This document shows positions 8,706 through 18,408 of a stretch of DNA of 34,728 bases, piece by piece (position 1 is the first letter of the stretch; each line of letters starts with the position of its first letter). The position numbers and the translations under genes are program-made. The stretch covers positions 1 to 34,728 of the forward strand of contig JBKHBH010000014.1 in NCBI GenBank assembly GCA_046542505.1, given 5' to 3'. This stretch comes from Thermovirgaceae bacterium (lineage in GTDB: Bacteria; Synergistota; Synergistia; Synergistales; Thermovirgaceae). The notes under the pieces were generated by a model that saw only the letters and a list, made by a program, of their open reading frames with translations, was not told where the DNA came from and did not search any database.

Positions 8706-10547
8706 TCAGTCAATATAACTTTCGGAAACCAATTTACCGAGTTCTTTAATAGTCGACTCGAACAATGATGCTACCGCCTCTACAGGTTCAGGGGATGTCA
8801 TATCCACGCCGGCGTTTTTGAGCAGTTTTACCGGGTAGTCGGATTTGCCGCTTTCAAGGAAAGCGATGAACCTGGTGACAGCCGGGGCACCTTCTTCCGC
8901 AATGCTTGAGGAAAGCGCCGTTGCCGCAGCGTATCCGGTGGCGTATTGATACACGTAGAAGGGGGAATAGAAATGGGGGATTCTCGCCCATTCGTATTCC
9001 AGTTCCTTGTCGATGACGAGTTCAGGCCCGTAGTATTTTTCGTTCAATTCTCTCCAGATCGAACAGAATGTTTCCGACGTCGGGGCTTTTCCCTCAAGGA
9101 TCAGGTTGTGCACGGTCAGTTCGAATTCGGCGAAGAGGGTCTGCCGGAAGAAAGTGGTCCTGATCTGCTCAAGCAATACTTGCGCGAAATAGAGCTTCTC
9201 CTGACGTGATGCCGCTTTTTCGTAGAAATCCCTGTAAAGCAGAATCTCGTTTGTCGTGGAGGCTACCTCGGCGGTAAAGATACTGTGCCCAGAATAGACA
9301 TAGGGCTGTTTCCGGTCTGTGTAGGCTTTGTGAAGGGCATGTCCCATTTCGTGGGCCATGGTGGAGACATCCCTGAAGGTGCCGTTGTAGTTGAGAAGCA
9401 CGTACGGATGGACGCCGTAAGAGCCCCAGGAGTATGCGCCGCCCCGTTTACCCCGGTTTTCGCGGACGTCTATCCACCGTGAGCTGAATCCTTTCCGCAG
9501 CCATGCGACGTACTCCGGGCCCAGCGGCTCGAGGGCTTCGGCGACCATACGGCAGGCGTCCTCGTAGGGGATGTTCCGCCTCGGTTCCGGTGCCAGCGGG
9601 ACGTACATGTCGAACATGTGGAGCGAATCCAGTTTCAGAGCGCGTTTTTTCAGCGACGTGTACCGATGCAGAAGATGCAGGTGGCTCCTGACAGTGTCGA
9701 TGAGCCCGTGATACACTTCAGTTGGGATGGCATCGGGTGCGAGGGCCGCTTCGAGTGTCGAGTCGTATTTTCTGCTCCTGGCAAAATATGCGGCGCTTCT
9801 CAAGGCGGTGTTCAGGGTACACGAAAATGTGTTTTTGAAATCGCCGAACCTGGTGTGGAGGGCCTTGAAGGCATTTTTCCGGAGTTTCCTGTCCTGTGAG
9901 ACCAGGTAAGTTCCATAACGCTCCTGGGAAAGGGGACGTTTTTTCCCTTCACCGTCGGTGACGTCGGGGAAAGTCAGATCGGCGTTTGTGAGCATGCTGA
10001 AGACATTCTCAGCAGCGTGGGCAATTTCTCCGGCCCCTGAGAGAAGGGTTTCCTCTTCGGCGGAGAGGCGGTGGTCGCTCTGTCGGAAAATGTCGTCAAG
10101 GAGGAAACGATAGTGCTCGAGTTCTTTCAGTTCCGCCAAGAACTCTTCTGTGACCTTGCGTCCCGTCTCGATGATTTCAGGTACGATGTAGGACGTTCTT
10201 TCGCCTGTTTTGACGGCAAGAGAGATGGAACGTGCGGCTACAGACTGGGCGTCGGAATCCCTGGTGTCCTGGTGGCTCAGCATATGGGCGTAGACAACGA
10301 TTCTGTCCACCAGCTCCTCCAGGGCGTCTGCAAGGCGCAGCCCTTCAAGGAGTCCTTGAGCGCTTTCCTTCAGGCTTCCTTTCAGTGACGCAAGGTCCTT
10401 CCCCATTTTTTCAGCCTTTTTGAAGGCTTCTTCCCATTCCCCGAGGGTCTCGAAGAGGTCTTCAAGCCGCCAGGTCTCCTTTTTCGGTATTTTGGATCTC
10501 TCGGGTATGGCTGAAGAATCTGTTGTCTCCAAGGAATCTGCGGTCAC
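8706..10547 (-). CDS. pepF: Oligoendopeptidase F (peptidase M3B)
   Basis: 613 aa; zinc motif HEMGH, GKRGGAY, AEVAST, WARIPHFY, FYVYQYA. Confidence 0.95.
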   Translation of the reverse strand: MTADSLETTDSSAIPERSKIPKKETWRLEDLFETLGEWEEAFKKAEKMGKDLASLKGSLKESAQGLLEGLRLADALEELVDRIVVYAHMLSHQDTRDSDAQSVAARSISLAVKTGERTSYIVPEIIETGRKVTEEFLAELKELEHYRFLLDDIFRQSDHRLSAEEETLLSGAGEIAHAAENVFSMLTNADLTFPDVTDGEGKKRPLSQERYGTYLVSQDRKLRKNAFKALHTRFGDFKNTFSCTLNTALRSAAYFARSRKYDSTLEAALAPDAIPTEVYHGLIDTVRSHLHLLHRYTSLKKRALKLDSLHMFDMYVPLAPEPRRNIPYEDACRMVAEALEPLGPEYVAWLRKGFSSRWIDVRENRGKRGGAYSWGSYGVHPYVLLNYNGTFRDVSTMAHEMGHALHKAYTDRKQPYVYSGHSIFTAEVASTTNEILLYRDFYEKAASRQEKLYFAQVLLEQIRTTFFRQTLFAEFELTVHNLILEGKAPTSETFCSIWRELNEKYYGPELVIDKELEYEWARIPHFYSPFYVYQYATGYAAATALSSSIAEEGAPAVTRFIAFLESGKSDYPVKLLKNAGVDMTSPEPVEAVASLFESTIKELGKLVSESYID

Positions 10548-10631
10548 GAATCAACATCCTTTCTGCCCGTTTCGACTGGTTCACCCCTGCGTTTCCTTTT
10601 ACGAAAAACGAAACACTTTGGCATTCAGGCT

Positions 10632-10884
10632 TTACCTGTTGGCGAAATAGAAAAAGAACATCACTCCCACGCCGATGCCCGCAAGGATGGCTCTTCTGAG
10701 TCGTACCTGCCTCCGGTTTGGTTCTGTCCTCCGGGGGGTCGTAAAAACCTTCAGGCGTAGCGGTCCTTGTCTTCCTTTTTCTGTCGCGGAGTCCCCAGAT
10801 TTTGTCTCCATAAGCGTAGGCAAGAAACCCTGCGCCCGTTCCCATGAAGATTGCTCCCAGAAGCGGCTGGAGCAAAGATTCCAT
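10632..10884 (-). pseudogene. Small two-TM membrane protein with an apparent frameshift (about 83 aa if repaired)
   Basis: AGGAG RBS, then MESLLQPLLGAIFMGTGAGFLAYAYG... in one frame. The hydrophobic tail RAILAGIGVGVMFFFYFANR* is in the +1 frame. Removing one base from the G6 run at 10733-10738 joins them. Confidence 0.5.
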
Positions 10885-10981
10885 TTCACGGCACTCCTTT
10901 CTCGGCTGAGTGAATGTTTTTCAATCCTTCCCTGCTTCACCGTGTCATGCTGCTCCGGAGGGAAGGCCGGAAAACATCCTG

Positions 10982-11692
10982 TCAGAGAGTAAACGAGGGG
11001 TTTCCGGCATCAAGAATATGAAACTTCGTCGTGGCGTCGCAATACTCTTCCAGGGCTTTTGCGAGTTCCTCCGTCATAAAGCGAATTTCCGCCCCTGCCA
11101 CAGGAGGCAGGCCATCCACATTCAGGGCCACCTTCCCCGTATCCTGTGTGATCTTTGTGGTATCGCTGTTCCTCCAGCACCAGGCCCGGCACAGGACGTT
11201 CCCTCCGGATTCGTCCTGATAGATGACTTCCCCCGGCTTCGGGTTTTCCAGGGCGTCGGGTTTGCCTAACGGTCGGTATGTTTCGTCCCCCTTGGCCGGA
11301 GAGAGCCGGAGGTCCCCGGAAACGGCCGAAATGTCATCTCCGCCGCAAGGGACGAGATATTTCAGGCTTGTTTTGTTTATCAGGGAGACGACGGTGTTGA
11401 TGTAGGGGATTTCCGTGCCTTTGCGGATCCGTTTTACGAGGTTCAGTATCGAGGGTGGGCAGGCATTGGGGTTGATTCCAAAGGCACGGAAAGCCTCCAT
11501 CCAGGAAGCAAGTTTCGGATGTTCTTTGAATTTTTCAAGGGACACGTCCGTCCTTATTTTTTCTTCGAGAACCCGCAGATCATCCTCAAGTTCCCGGCTT
11601 TTTCCTGAATTGTCGATGTTTTCCGCGATAACGACACCACGAGTGAATTCCGGGAACAATTCGAAAACAGCTTCGTGAATACCTATCTCCAT
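10982..11692 (-). CDS. Free-standing B3/B4 (PheT editing-like) domain protein
   Basis: WMEAFRAFG-NP, PSILNLVKR, PYINTVVSLIN, GGDD, GEVIYQD, CRAWCWR; start at ATG 11692 after a GGGGAG RBS. Confidence 0.85.
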   Translation of the reverse strand: MEIGIHEAVFELFPEFTRGVVIAENIDNSGKSRELEDDLRVLEEKIRTDVSLEKFKEHPKLASWMEAFRAFGINPNACPPSILNLVKRIRKGTEIPYINTVVSLINKTSLKYLVPCGGDDISAVSGDLRLSPAKGDETYRPLGKPDALENPKPGEVIYQDESGGNVLCRAWCWRNSDTTKITQDTGKVALNVDGLPPVAGAEIRFMTEELAKALEEYCDATTKFHILDAGNPSFTL

Positions 11693-11699
11693 AACGTTT

Positions 11700-12989
11700 T
11701 CAGTCTCCCCTTTCTGTATTATTCCTTGCGGCGACACATCCTTTTTCAATGTCCACTTTCATGAGGAGCAGGAGTCCCCCGAGAAAGAAAAGCATGAGCA
11801 TTCCTATGCCAGGCAGTGGTGATTCCGTGTATTGGGTGATGATCCCGAACAACAGCGGTCCGGCGACTCCCGAGAACTTGCTGGAAATATCGTAAAAGCC
11901 GAAGAATTCTGCGCTTTTCCCCTTTGGGACCATGAGCGCGAAAGTGCTCCTGCTGATGGCCTGAACGCCGCCCTGGGCCATTCCGACTGCGATTGCAAGG
12001 ATCCAGAAATGCCATGAGGCGGACATAAACATGGCGCCTGCTGTAATGAGACAGTACCAGACAAGTCCTGCACCGATGGCGGATTTCCCGCCGATTTTTC
12101 GGGCAAGCTTTCCGAAGAGGATCGAAAAGGGTGCCGCCACGAACTGGGTGACAAGGAGCGCTCCAATGATCGAAAGCGGACTGAAAAGCAGTTCTGCAGC
12201 ATAGATGGCTGCCAGTTTCATGATGGTTCCGACACCATCATTGTACAACCAGAAGGCGACCAGAAAGAAAAAGAGCTCCCGGTACCGCCGTATGTCCCGG
12301 AAGGTTTTCACAACCCGGCCCACGCCTTTTTTGACCGCAACAACCGCTCCGTCTGCTCCGCGGCCGACGACAGGCGGCTCTGAAACGTGCCGGAAAATCG
12401 GTATGGAAAAAAGAAACCACCACAGAGCAACGGAAAGAAAAGCGACCCGGTATCCCGAGGTTTCGGGTAGCATTATGATGCAAAGAATGTTTAAGGCCAG
12501 AAGGGACCCGCCTCCGATATAGCCGAAGGCATAGCCGCGGGAGGATATCTCGTCGATGGAATTGCCTTTTTCGGCCAGCTGCGGCAGCAGGGAGTCATAG
12601 AAGATCATTGAAGATGAAAATCCGATTGTCCCGCCTCCGTAGAGAAAAAGTGCCCGGAACCAATCTCCGTGGTCAACGGTATACAAAAGTGCTGTCGAAC
12701 CAATACCGAGGGTGGTAAAAAAGGCGAGAAAGCGTTTTCTTGTTCCAGAAACGTCGGATATGCTTCCCAGAAAAGGGGCGGTAAACGCCGTCAGCAACAT
12801 CGCCCCTGCCGACGCGTAACCAAGATAGGCCGATGACAGGCCCTCTTTCAGGGTGGCTGAGACAATGTTGAAATAGACAGGAAAAACCGCTGCGATGATG
12901 GTCGTCGCGAAAGCCGAATTCCCCACGTCATAGAGGCACCAGGCGTTAACGGCCCGGCGGTGTTCCAGAGATCTGTCGGCGGTTTTCAT
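11700..12989 (-). CDS. MFS transporter, UMF1/Atg22-like family
   Basis: AWCLYDVGNSAF, FYDSLLP, SSRGYAFGYIGG, YNDGVGT, QAISRS, EFFGFY. Confidence 0.9.
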   Translation of the reverse strand: MKTADRSLEHRRAVNAWCLYDVGNSAFATTIIAAVFPVYFNIVSATLKEGLSSAYLGYASAGAMLLTAFTAPFLGSISDVSGTRKRFLAFFTTLGIGSTALLYTVDHGDWFRALFLYGGGTIGFSSSMIFYDSLLPQLAEKGNSIDEISSRGYAFGYIGGGSLLALNILCIIMLPETSGYRVAFLSVALWWFLFSIPIFRHVSEPPVVGRGADGAVVAVKKGVGRVVKTFRDIRRYRELFFFLVAFWLYNDGVGTIMKLAAIYAAELLFSPLSIIGALLVTQFVAAPFSILFGKLARKIGGKSAIGAGLVWYCLITAGAMFMSASWHFWILAIAVGMAQGGVQAISRSTFALMVPKGKSAEFFGFYDISSKFSGVAGPLLFGIITQYTESPLPGIGMLMLFFLGGLLLLMKVDIEKGCVAARNNTERGD

Positions 12990-13160
12990 TTCCCAGCAGA
13001 GTCCTTTCGGATATTCTTCTGCATATCCGTTTCAATGTCCCAGTATACAGGTACCTTCCGTGAGAAATGGGGCGCACCAGGCACAAAACGCCGATATTTG
13101 GTATCCTTTTCCAGCGCCCTTGCATTTTGAAACATCCACAGCCGCCGCGGGAGGTTTCTT

Positions 13161-13522
13161 TTGAAGAAAATTCGTGTTCTTGAGGGGCACCCTTTGCGCA
13201 CGGGGTCTGTCGTCGATGCCCGGGAAGCCAATCGAGGCAAGATCCTTCGTCGGGTGGAGGTTCTCGACGAAGAAGGTTCCGCGGCGCGATACGCCTTTGT
13301 TCAGCCCATGCTCACGAAACTGCATTGAACCTCGCAAAAAGGCTTGAAAGAGCCATTGGCAAAAGAACTGGATTCGCGCCGAAAAGGAATACCGTTCTCG
13401 GAATCCAATCTGGACCGCTGTTCCGTAGCCGTGGGTATGGTTTCTCTGTAATGCCGGTTTTGCTTGAACCGGAACAGTGCGCCGGGCAGATAGCAAACAG
13501 AAAGGCGCCAAACCGCACGTGA
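13161..13522 (+). pseudogene. Hypothetical protein split over two frames (frameshift, or two coupled small ORFs)
   Basis: GGGAGG RBS then TTG 13161 gives a 55-aa ORF ending at TGA 13326-13328. A second frame is open from 13184 to 13522 and reads IRLCSAHAHETALNLAKRLERAIGK... Confidence 0.4.
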
Positions 13523-13535
13523 AGGAGTGAGAGCC

Positions 13536-13853
13536 ATGTCCGGGAAACCGTCTGAACCGAAAGAGGAAGGAACCTCTTTGGAGAAGAAGATTTCAGACAT
13601 TTTGGAAGATCATCGTTGCTTTGATTTTGTGGAAATGATGAAAAGCCCCTGGAAACTGTTTTGGAGGAATTTTCTCGTTGGCGTCGCCAGGGGGCTTGGA
13701 TTTGCCGTTGGCCTGACCATATTGGCCGCCGTCGTCGGCTACATCATTATTGGATTGCTCAAACCATTACTCTCCCTGCAGCTTCCTGTCATAGGCGGCC
13801 TTATCGCCGACATCATCCAGTCGGTCCAGAACCAGATGAATGGAGGAATGTAA
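13536..13853 (+). CDS. DUF5665-like membrane protein
   Basis: SPWKLFWRNFLVGVARGLGFAVG and LPVIGGLIADII; AAGGAG RBS; start at ATG 13536. Confidence 0.75.
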   Translation: MSGKPSEPKEEGTSLEKKISDILEDHRCFDFVEMMKSPWKLFWRNFLVGVARGLGFAVGLTILAAVVGYIIIGLLKPLLSLQLPVIGGLIADIIQSVQNQMNGGM

Positions 13854-14413
13854 TGAAGCGGAAAAACCTTTTTCTCGCAGCGCTGGCTTGTTTTTTCTGT
13901 TTTTCGGGCCTCGCAACGACTGCTGCGTTTCCGTCCCCTGGGGAGTTCCCGGCCGAAACTCCTCAACCCCTCGTCCTGGAAGATTTCGTAGAGAAATGGA
14001 ATCTTGCCGACTCCAACTGGATTCTCATAGACAAATCCCGTTTCTCACTCGTCCAGTACAGGGGTGTCTGCGAAATCGCCCGTTTCGATGTGGCCCTTGG
14101 TAAAAAACCGGGAAACAAGCAACGTGTCGGTGATATGCGGACCCCCGAAGGGGTTTTCAGGGTTGTCAGCATACATGACTCGAAACATTGGGTGCATGAT
14201 TTCGGCGACGGGAAAGGACCTGTCGAGGGTGCCTACGGGCCCTGGTTCATCCGCCTTGAGACGGGCTGGAAGGGGATCGGAATCCACGGCACCCACGATC
14301 CGGCGTCGATAGGAACACGTGCGAGCGAGGGATGCATCCGGATGAAAAACGAAAAGCTGCTCCAGATCGTTGACGAAATGTCTCCCGGCACAGTGGTGGT
14401 CATAAAGCCGTGA
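13853..14413 (+). CDS. L,D-transpeptidase (YkuD family)
   Basis: Signal peptide; GDMRTPEG, YGPWFIRL, catalytic GIHGT...SEGCIRM; coupled to the upstream gene by a TAATG overlap. Confidence 0.92.
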   Translation: MKRKNLFLAALACFFCFSGLATTAAFPSPGEFPAETPQPLVLEDFVEKWNLADSNWILIDKSRFSLVQYRGVCEIARFDVALGKKPGNKQRVGDMRTPEGVFRVVSIHDSKHWVHDFGDGKGPVEGAYGPWFIRLETGWKGIGIHGTHDPASIGTRASEGCIRMKNEKLLQIVDEMSPGTVVVIKP

Positions 14414-14492
14414 CGGCTTCCTGTTTGTGCAAAAGTGCACTAGACTAGGAAACGGCCTGTGCCGTAAATTTATGAAAGGGGAGTGATGAAAG

Positions 14493-15692
14493 GTGTCCCA
14501 GCAGGTGTGGGAAAACCTTTATTCAAACGTGGCGAAGGCACTCAAACCTTCTCCTATAAGGGAACTTATGAAATACACCAAAAAGCCGGGCATGATATCC
14601 CTTGCCGGCGGCAATCCGGACCCGAGAATATTCCCCGTCCCGGAATTCCAGGAAGCTGCGGCCATCATTGGCGAACGTGGAAGAGATGTTCTCCAGTACG
14701 GGACGACGGGAGGATACGAGCCGCTGAAGGACTTCATCTCTGAGTGGATGGCACCTCGGATGGGTCGAAAGGTGAGTTCCGACGAATTGCTTATTACCAC
14801 CGGTTCCCAGCAGGTTATGGATCTGTTTGCGGCGGTTTTGCTCAATCCGGGTGACGCTGTGGTTGTTGAGGAACCCACCTATCCCGGGGCGACTCATGTC
14901 TTGAGAAACCGGCAGGCCTCTTTTGTTACTGTACCCTGTGACAAGGACGGCATGCGTGTGGACCTGCTGCCTGAAAAGCTTGACCATGCCGCGGCAGAGG
15001 GTAAAAAGGTCAAATTCATTTACTCCATCGTCAATTTTCAGAATCCCTCGGGATATACCCTCACGGCGGCAAGAAGAAAGGAACTTCTTGCCGTGGCGTC
15101 ACGCTACGGTATCCCCATCCTTGAAGATGACCCCTACGGCCATCTCAGGTTTGAAAGTGAGCACGAGCCGACGCTGTTTTCCATGGATACGGCGGGAATA
15201 GTGGCCTACGCGTGCTCTTTCTCCAAGATCCTGGCGCCCGGCACGAGGGTTGCCTGGGTCGTGGGACCGGAACACGTGATCAGGAAGATGGTAATGGTGA
15301 AACAGGGAAGCGACCTCTGTACGAGCACCGTGTCCCAGGCCATTGTTTACGAGTATTGCCGTCTCGGCCACATGGAGACGTTTCTCCCGAAAATCATAGA
15401 TCACTACAGGAAAAAGCGTGATGCCATGGAGCGGGCGTTCAGAAAGCACCTTCCCGAAAATGCCTTGTACGAGACTCCTGAAGGCGGTTTTTTCTACTGG
15501 CTGACTCTGCCGGGCATAGATTCCCGGGAACTCTTCAGCAAGGCCATAGACGAAGGAGTGGCCTTCGTCGTAGGGGATGCCTTTTTCCCCAATGGCGGAG
15601 GTGCTGAAAATGTTCGGACTTGCTTTACCTTTGCTGCAGAGGACGAACTCGACGAAGCCGCACAGCGGCTTGCACGGGCGATAGAAAAATGA
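14493..15692 (+). CDS. PLP-dependent aminotransferase class I/II (LysN/ARO8-like)
   Basis: ISLAGGNP, LQYG, ITTGSQQ, FQNPSG, EDDPY, SFSKILAPG, PEGGFF. Confidence 0.93.
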   Translation: MSQQVWENLYSNVAKALKPSPIRELMKYTKKPGMISLAGGNPDPRIFPVPEFQEAAAIIGERGRDVLQYGTTGGYEPLKDFISEWMAPRMGRKVSSDELLITTGSQQVMDLFAAVLLNPGDAVVVEEPTYPGATHVLRNRQASFVTVPCDKDGMRVDLLPEKLDHAAAEGKKVKFIYSIVNFQNPSGYTLTAARRKELLAVASRYGIPILEDDPYGHLRFESEHEPTLFSMDTAGIVAYACSFSKILAPGTRVAWVVGPEHVIRKMVMVKQGSDLCTSTVSQAIVYEYCRLGHMETFLPKIIDHYRKKRDAMERAFRKHLPENALYETPEGGFFYWLTLPGIDSRELFSKAIDEGVAFVVGDAFFPNGGGAENVRTCFTFAAEDELDEAAQRLARAIEK

Positions 15693-15719
15693 AAGTCTGA
15701 GTGCAAGGTCGGAAAAAGC

Positions 15720-15757
15720 GCACAAAAGGGGCGGCCTTAAGGCCGCCCCTTTTGTGC
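15720..15757. terminator. Bidirectional intrinsic terminator
   Basis: Perfect 38-bp palindrome GCACAAAAGGGGCGGCCTT|AAGGCCGCCCCTTTTGTGC between convergent genes. Confidence 0.85.
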
Positions 15758-15777
15758 AGTGGGTGCTGAAGGTGTGT

Positions 15778-16173
15778 TCACGAAACCTTGATTTCCTTCG
15801 AGTTTTCCCAGAACCCGTGAATGTTGCAGTAGGCTGTCGCATACAGGACGCCTGCTTTTTTCGTTGCCATCTCTGCCGTGACTGAGTGGTTGGTGTACAC
15901 GGCGCCCTCGTTTGCGCCCTCCACAGATTCGCCGTGGGCGGTGAATTCGAAGTTTCCTACCTGGACGGGGAATTTTTCGCCTTCAGGTTTAAAGAAAAGC
16001 TGGATCCACCTGATGTGGTGTTCCGTGGTATTTGGGTGAGCGATCTCTTTCCCGAGGGAGACTTTAACCTTGAACGTTCCACCGGCTGTGACGGTATCGG
16101 GGCATTCGATAACGGGGACGTGTTTCTCGGATTTCCAGTCAGCGCTCTGGTACAGTTCGGCAATCTTTCCCAT
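15778..16173 (-). CDS. sor: Superoxide reductase (neelaredoxin-type, single Fe domain)
   Basis: EKHVP, HPNTTEHHIRWI, YCNIHG; start at ATG 16173 after GGGAGG. Confidence 0.93.
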   Translation of the reverse strand: MGKIAELYQSADWKSEKHVPVIECPDTVTAGGTFKVKVSLGKEIAHPNTTEHHIRWIQLFFKPEGEKFPVQVGNFEFTAHGESVEGANEGAVYTNHSVTAEMATKKAGVLYATAYCNIHGFWENSKEIKVS

Positions 16174-16410
16174 AAATCTGACCTCCCTTTTTCGCGCATT
16201 CTGAGAATATTTTACAAGATCGCGCACTCACAGGCAAAATCAGCCCGTGGCTCATGTGAAAAAAACTTTGGTGCCAAAAAACAAATTGTTCCGCCCTGGG
16301 CATTTGCCGCAGAGCTTGTTTCGGTTATGCTGAAGCCGTCCGGTCCGAATCGACACCTTGCGCCCCGTTGGTCTGGGGGTGCTGGAAATTTCGGCAGGAA
16401 GGGGATTTCG

Positions 16411-17583
16411 ATGGACAACCCTCTTTTTACGTTCTCGGCGCCGGGAAACGTAATATTTGGAGAATATTCGTCAAGACGCATTGTCGATGTTTTGTCTCTT
16501 CACGGGGTGAGCAATCCGGGAATCATGATGGGTCGCACCCTGTCGAAGACGGCAATACGGGAAAAGGTGGTCCATATCCTTGAGGAAGGTGGATACAGAC
16601 CCGTCGTTTTCGACGGAATTCCTCCCGAACCGCCAGTCGGGATCCTGGACAGTGTAGCCGCAAAGGTCAAAGAAGCAGGTCTTGACGTCCTCATAGGACT
16701 TGGCGGCGGCAGCACCATGGATTTTACGAAAGTGGTCTCGGTCCTCGCAAAAGACGGAATGGATGTCATGTCCCTGGTGGGAAGGGGCCGCGTTCCTCGA
16801 AGAGGTCTTCCCACGGTCATGATGCCCACTACGGCGGGAAGCGGTTCCGAGGTTTCTCCCGTGGCCATATTCACCTTCCCAGAGGAACAGGTAAAAAAAG
16901 GTGTCGTCAGCCCTTTCCTGATGCCTGACGCCGCAATTGTGGACCCGGCCTTCACCCTGGATTTGCCTGCCAGGGTGACGGCCAACACCGGCGTGGATGC
17001 CTTCATTCATGCCGTCGAGTCCTATCTGTCTGTGAACGCCAACCCCTTCAGCAGGGAACTATCCCTTGCAGCGGTCAGGAAGATCTACCCTTTCCTGCAC
17101 ATCGCCTTGAAGGACGGGCACGACAGAAAGGCGCGCTACAATATGTCACTGGGAAGCCTCCTCGCGGGGATGGCCTTCGCCATGGCCGGAACGGCGGCCG
17201 TTCATGCCCTCGCCTATCCTCTCGGGGGCGAGTTTCATTTTCCCCACGGGACGGCGAATGCCGTGATGCTCCGTTCCGTAATGGAAGCGAATCTGGAGGG
17301 CAATGAAGCATTGTTTGGGGTGCTTTCTGATACCATGAGGGAATCTGCCGGAGAAAAAAGGTATCGGGGAGATGTCCGGAAGAAGGCCCTTGACGCGCTT
17401 TCGCAGATGACGTCTTTTGCACGTGAAGCAGGTATCCCATCGAGGTTGAAGGATCTCGGGATCCCGAGTGAAGCTCTCCCGAGGATGGCTCTTGCCGCCT
17501 CGAGAGAAAAGCGGCTCCTGGGCAATAACCCGAAGACCTTTACGGTGAAAGACATAGAAAGAATCTACCGCGATGCGTGGTAA
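16411..17583 (+). CDS. Iron-containing alcohol dehydrogenase
   Basis: GLGGGSTMD, PTTAGSGSE, DAFIHAVE, HALAY, PHG; true start at ATG 16411 (the upstream ORF extension is antisense to sor). Confidence 0.93.
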   Translation: MDNPLFTFSAPGNVIFGEYSSRRIVDVLSLHGVSNPGIMMGRTLSKTAIREKVVHILEEGGYRPVVFDGIPPEPPVGILDSVAAKVKEAGLDVLIGLGGGSTMDFTKVVSVLAKDGMDVMSLVGRGRVPRRGLPTVMMPTTAGSGSEVSPVAIFTFPEEQVKKGVVSPFLMPDAAIVDPAFTLDLPARVTANTGVDAFIHAVESYLSVNANPFSRELSLAAVRKIYPFLHIALKDGHDRKARYNMSLGSLLAGMAFAMAGTAAVHALAYPLGGEFHFPHGTANAVMLRSVMEANLEGNEALFGVLSDTMRESAGEKRYRGDVRKKALDALSQMTSFAREAGIPSRLKDLGIPSEALPRMALAASREKRLLGNNPKTFTVKDIERIYRDAW

Positions 17584-17613
17584 ACCAGAAGGGAAAGGGA
17601 AGGGTGACTGCCG

Positions 17614-18390
17614 ATGAGAATTGCGCGATTCGTCATGAAATCCGATGAAAGAGAAAACGCACGATGGGGGACTGTTGAAGGCGGTCTTCTTTACCCCCGG
17701 GAAACTCCCGGAAACAGAGCTGCCAGCGAACCCGTCAGGCTTGAGGATGCAAGGCTTCTCGCACCGGCCGTACCGTCAAAAATCATATGTGTCGGCCTGA
17801 ATTACCTGAAGCACATAGAAGAATCGGGTTACGACAAGGAATCGCTGCCGAAGGAACCGAGCCTTTTCCTAAAGGGACCGAATGCCCTGGCCGATCCTGA
17901 CAGCGTAATACCCTATCCTTCCTTTACGAAGGAATTTGACTATGAGGGCGAACTTGCCGTGATCGTGGGAAAACGGATGACACCGGGATCCAAAAACCCG
18001 ATGGAAGGTGTTCTCGGTTATACGGCGGGCCTTGACATGACAGCCAGAGACAAGCAGCGGAAGGATACCCAGTGGACGGCGGCGAAATCCGGGGATCTTT
18101 TTTGCCCCCTCGGTCCCTGGATCGAAACGGATCTAGATGCCGGGAACGTGGCCGTGAGGACGAAGGTGAACGGAGAAATCCGGCAAGACGGGCGAACGGA
18201 TGACCTGTTGTTTCCCGTGGAGAAGATCCTTGGTCACATTCTCACCTTCATGACTCTTGAGCCGGGGGATGTGGTGCTGACGGGAACACCTTCCGGTGTG
18301 GGGCGGGTCTTCCCGGGTGACACGATTGAAGTCGAAATAGAAGGTCTCGGGCGGGCCCTTGCCGTGACGATCGGTCCAAAACGGGAATAA
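17614..18390 (+). CDS. Fumarylacetoacetate hydrolase family protein
   Basis: KIICVGLNY, DYEGELAV, DMTARD, CPLGPW, TLEPGDVVLTGTPSGVG. Confidence 0.93.
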   Translation: MRIARFVMKSDERENARWGTVEGGLLYPRETPGNRAASEPVRLEDARLLAPAVPSKIICVGLNYLKHIEESGYDKESLPKEPSLFLKGPNALADPDSVIPYPSFTKEFDYEGELAVIVGKRMTPGSKNPMEGVLGYTAGLDMTARDKQRKDTQWTAAKSGDLFCPLGPWIETDLDAGNVAVRTKVNGEIRQDGRTDDLLFPVEKILGHILTFMTLEPGDVVLTGTPSGVGRVFPGDTIEVEIEGLGRALAVTIGPKRE

Positions 18391-18408
18391 AAAGGGGGAT
18401 TAGGCGCC

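Noticed and set aside
13326..13451. Second selenocysteine read-through (TGA 13326 followed by a GGCTT-GAAA-GAGCC hairpin)
   Set aside because: No redox motif around the UGA (KLH-U-TSQ), the hairpin is short, and a frameshift or coupled-ORF reading fits better.
15720..15757. Perfect 38-bp palindrome as a REP or mobile element
   Set aside because: Single copy in the window, between convergent genes, with A/T tracts; explained as a bidirectional terminator.
15886..16410. 175-aa N-terminal extension of the alcohol dehydrogenase (565-aa ORF)
   Set aside because: It is largely antisense to sor; an RBS and family similarity begin at 16411.
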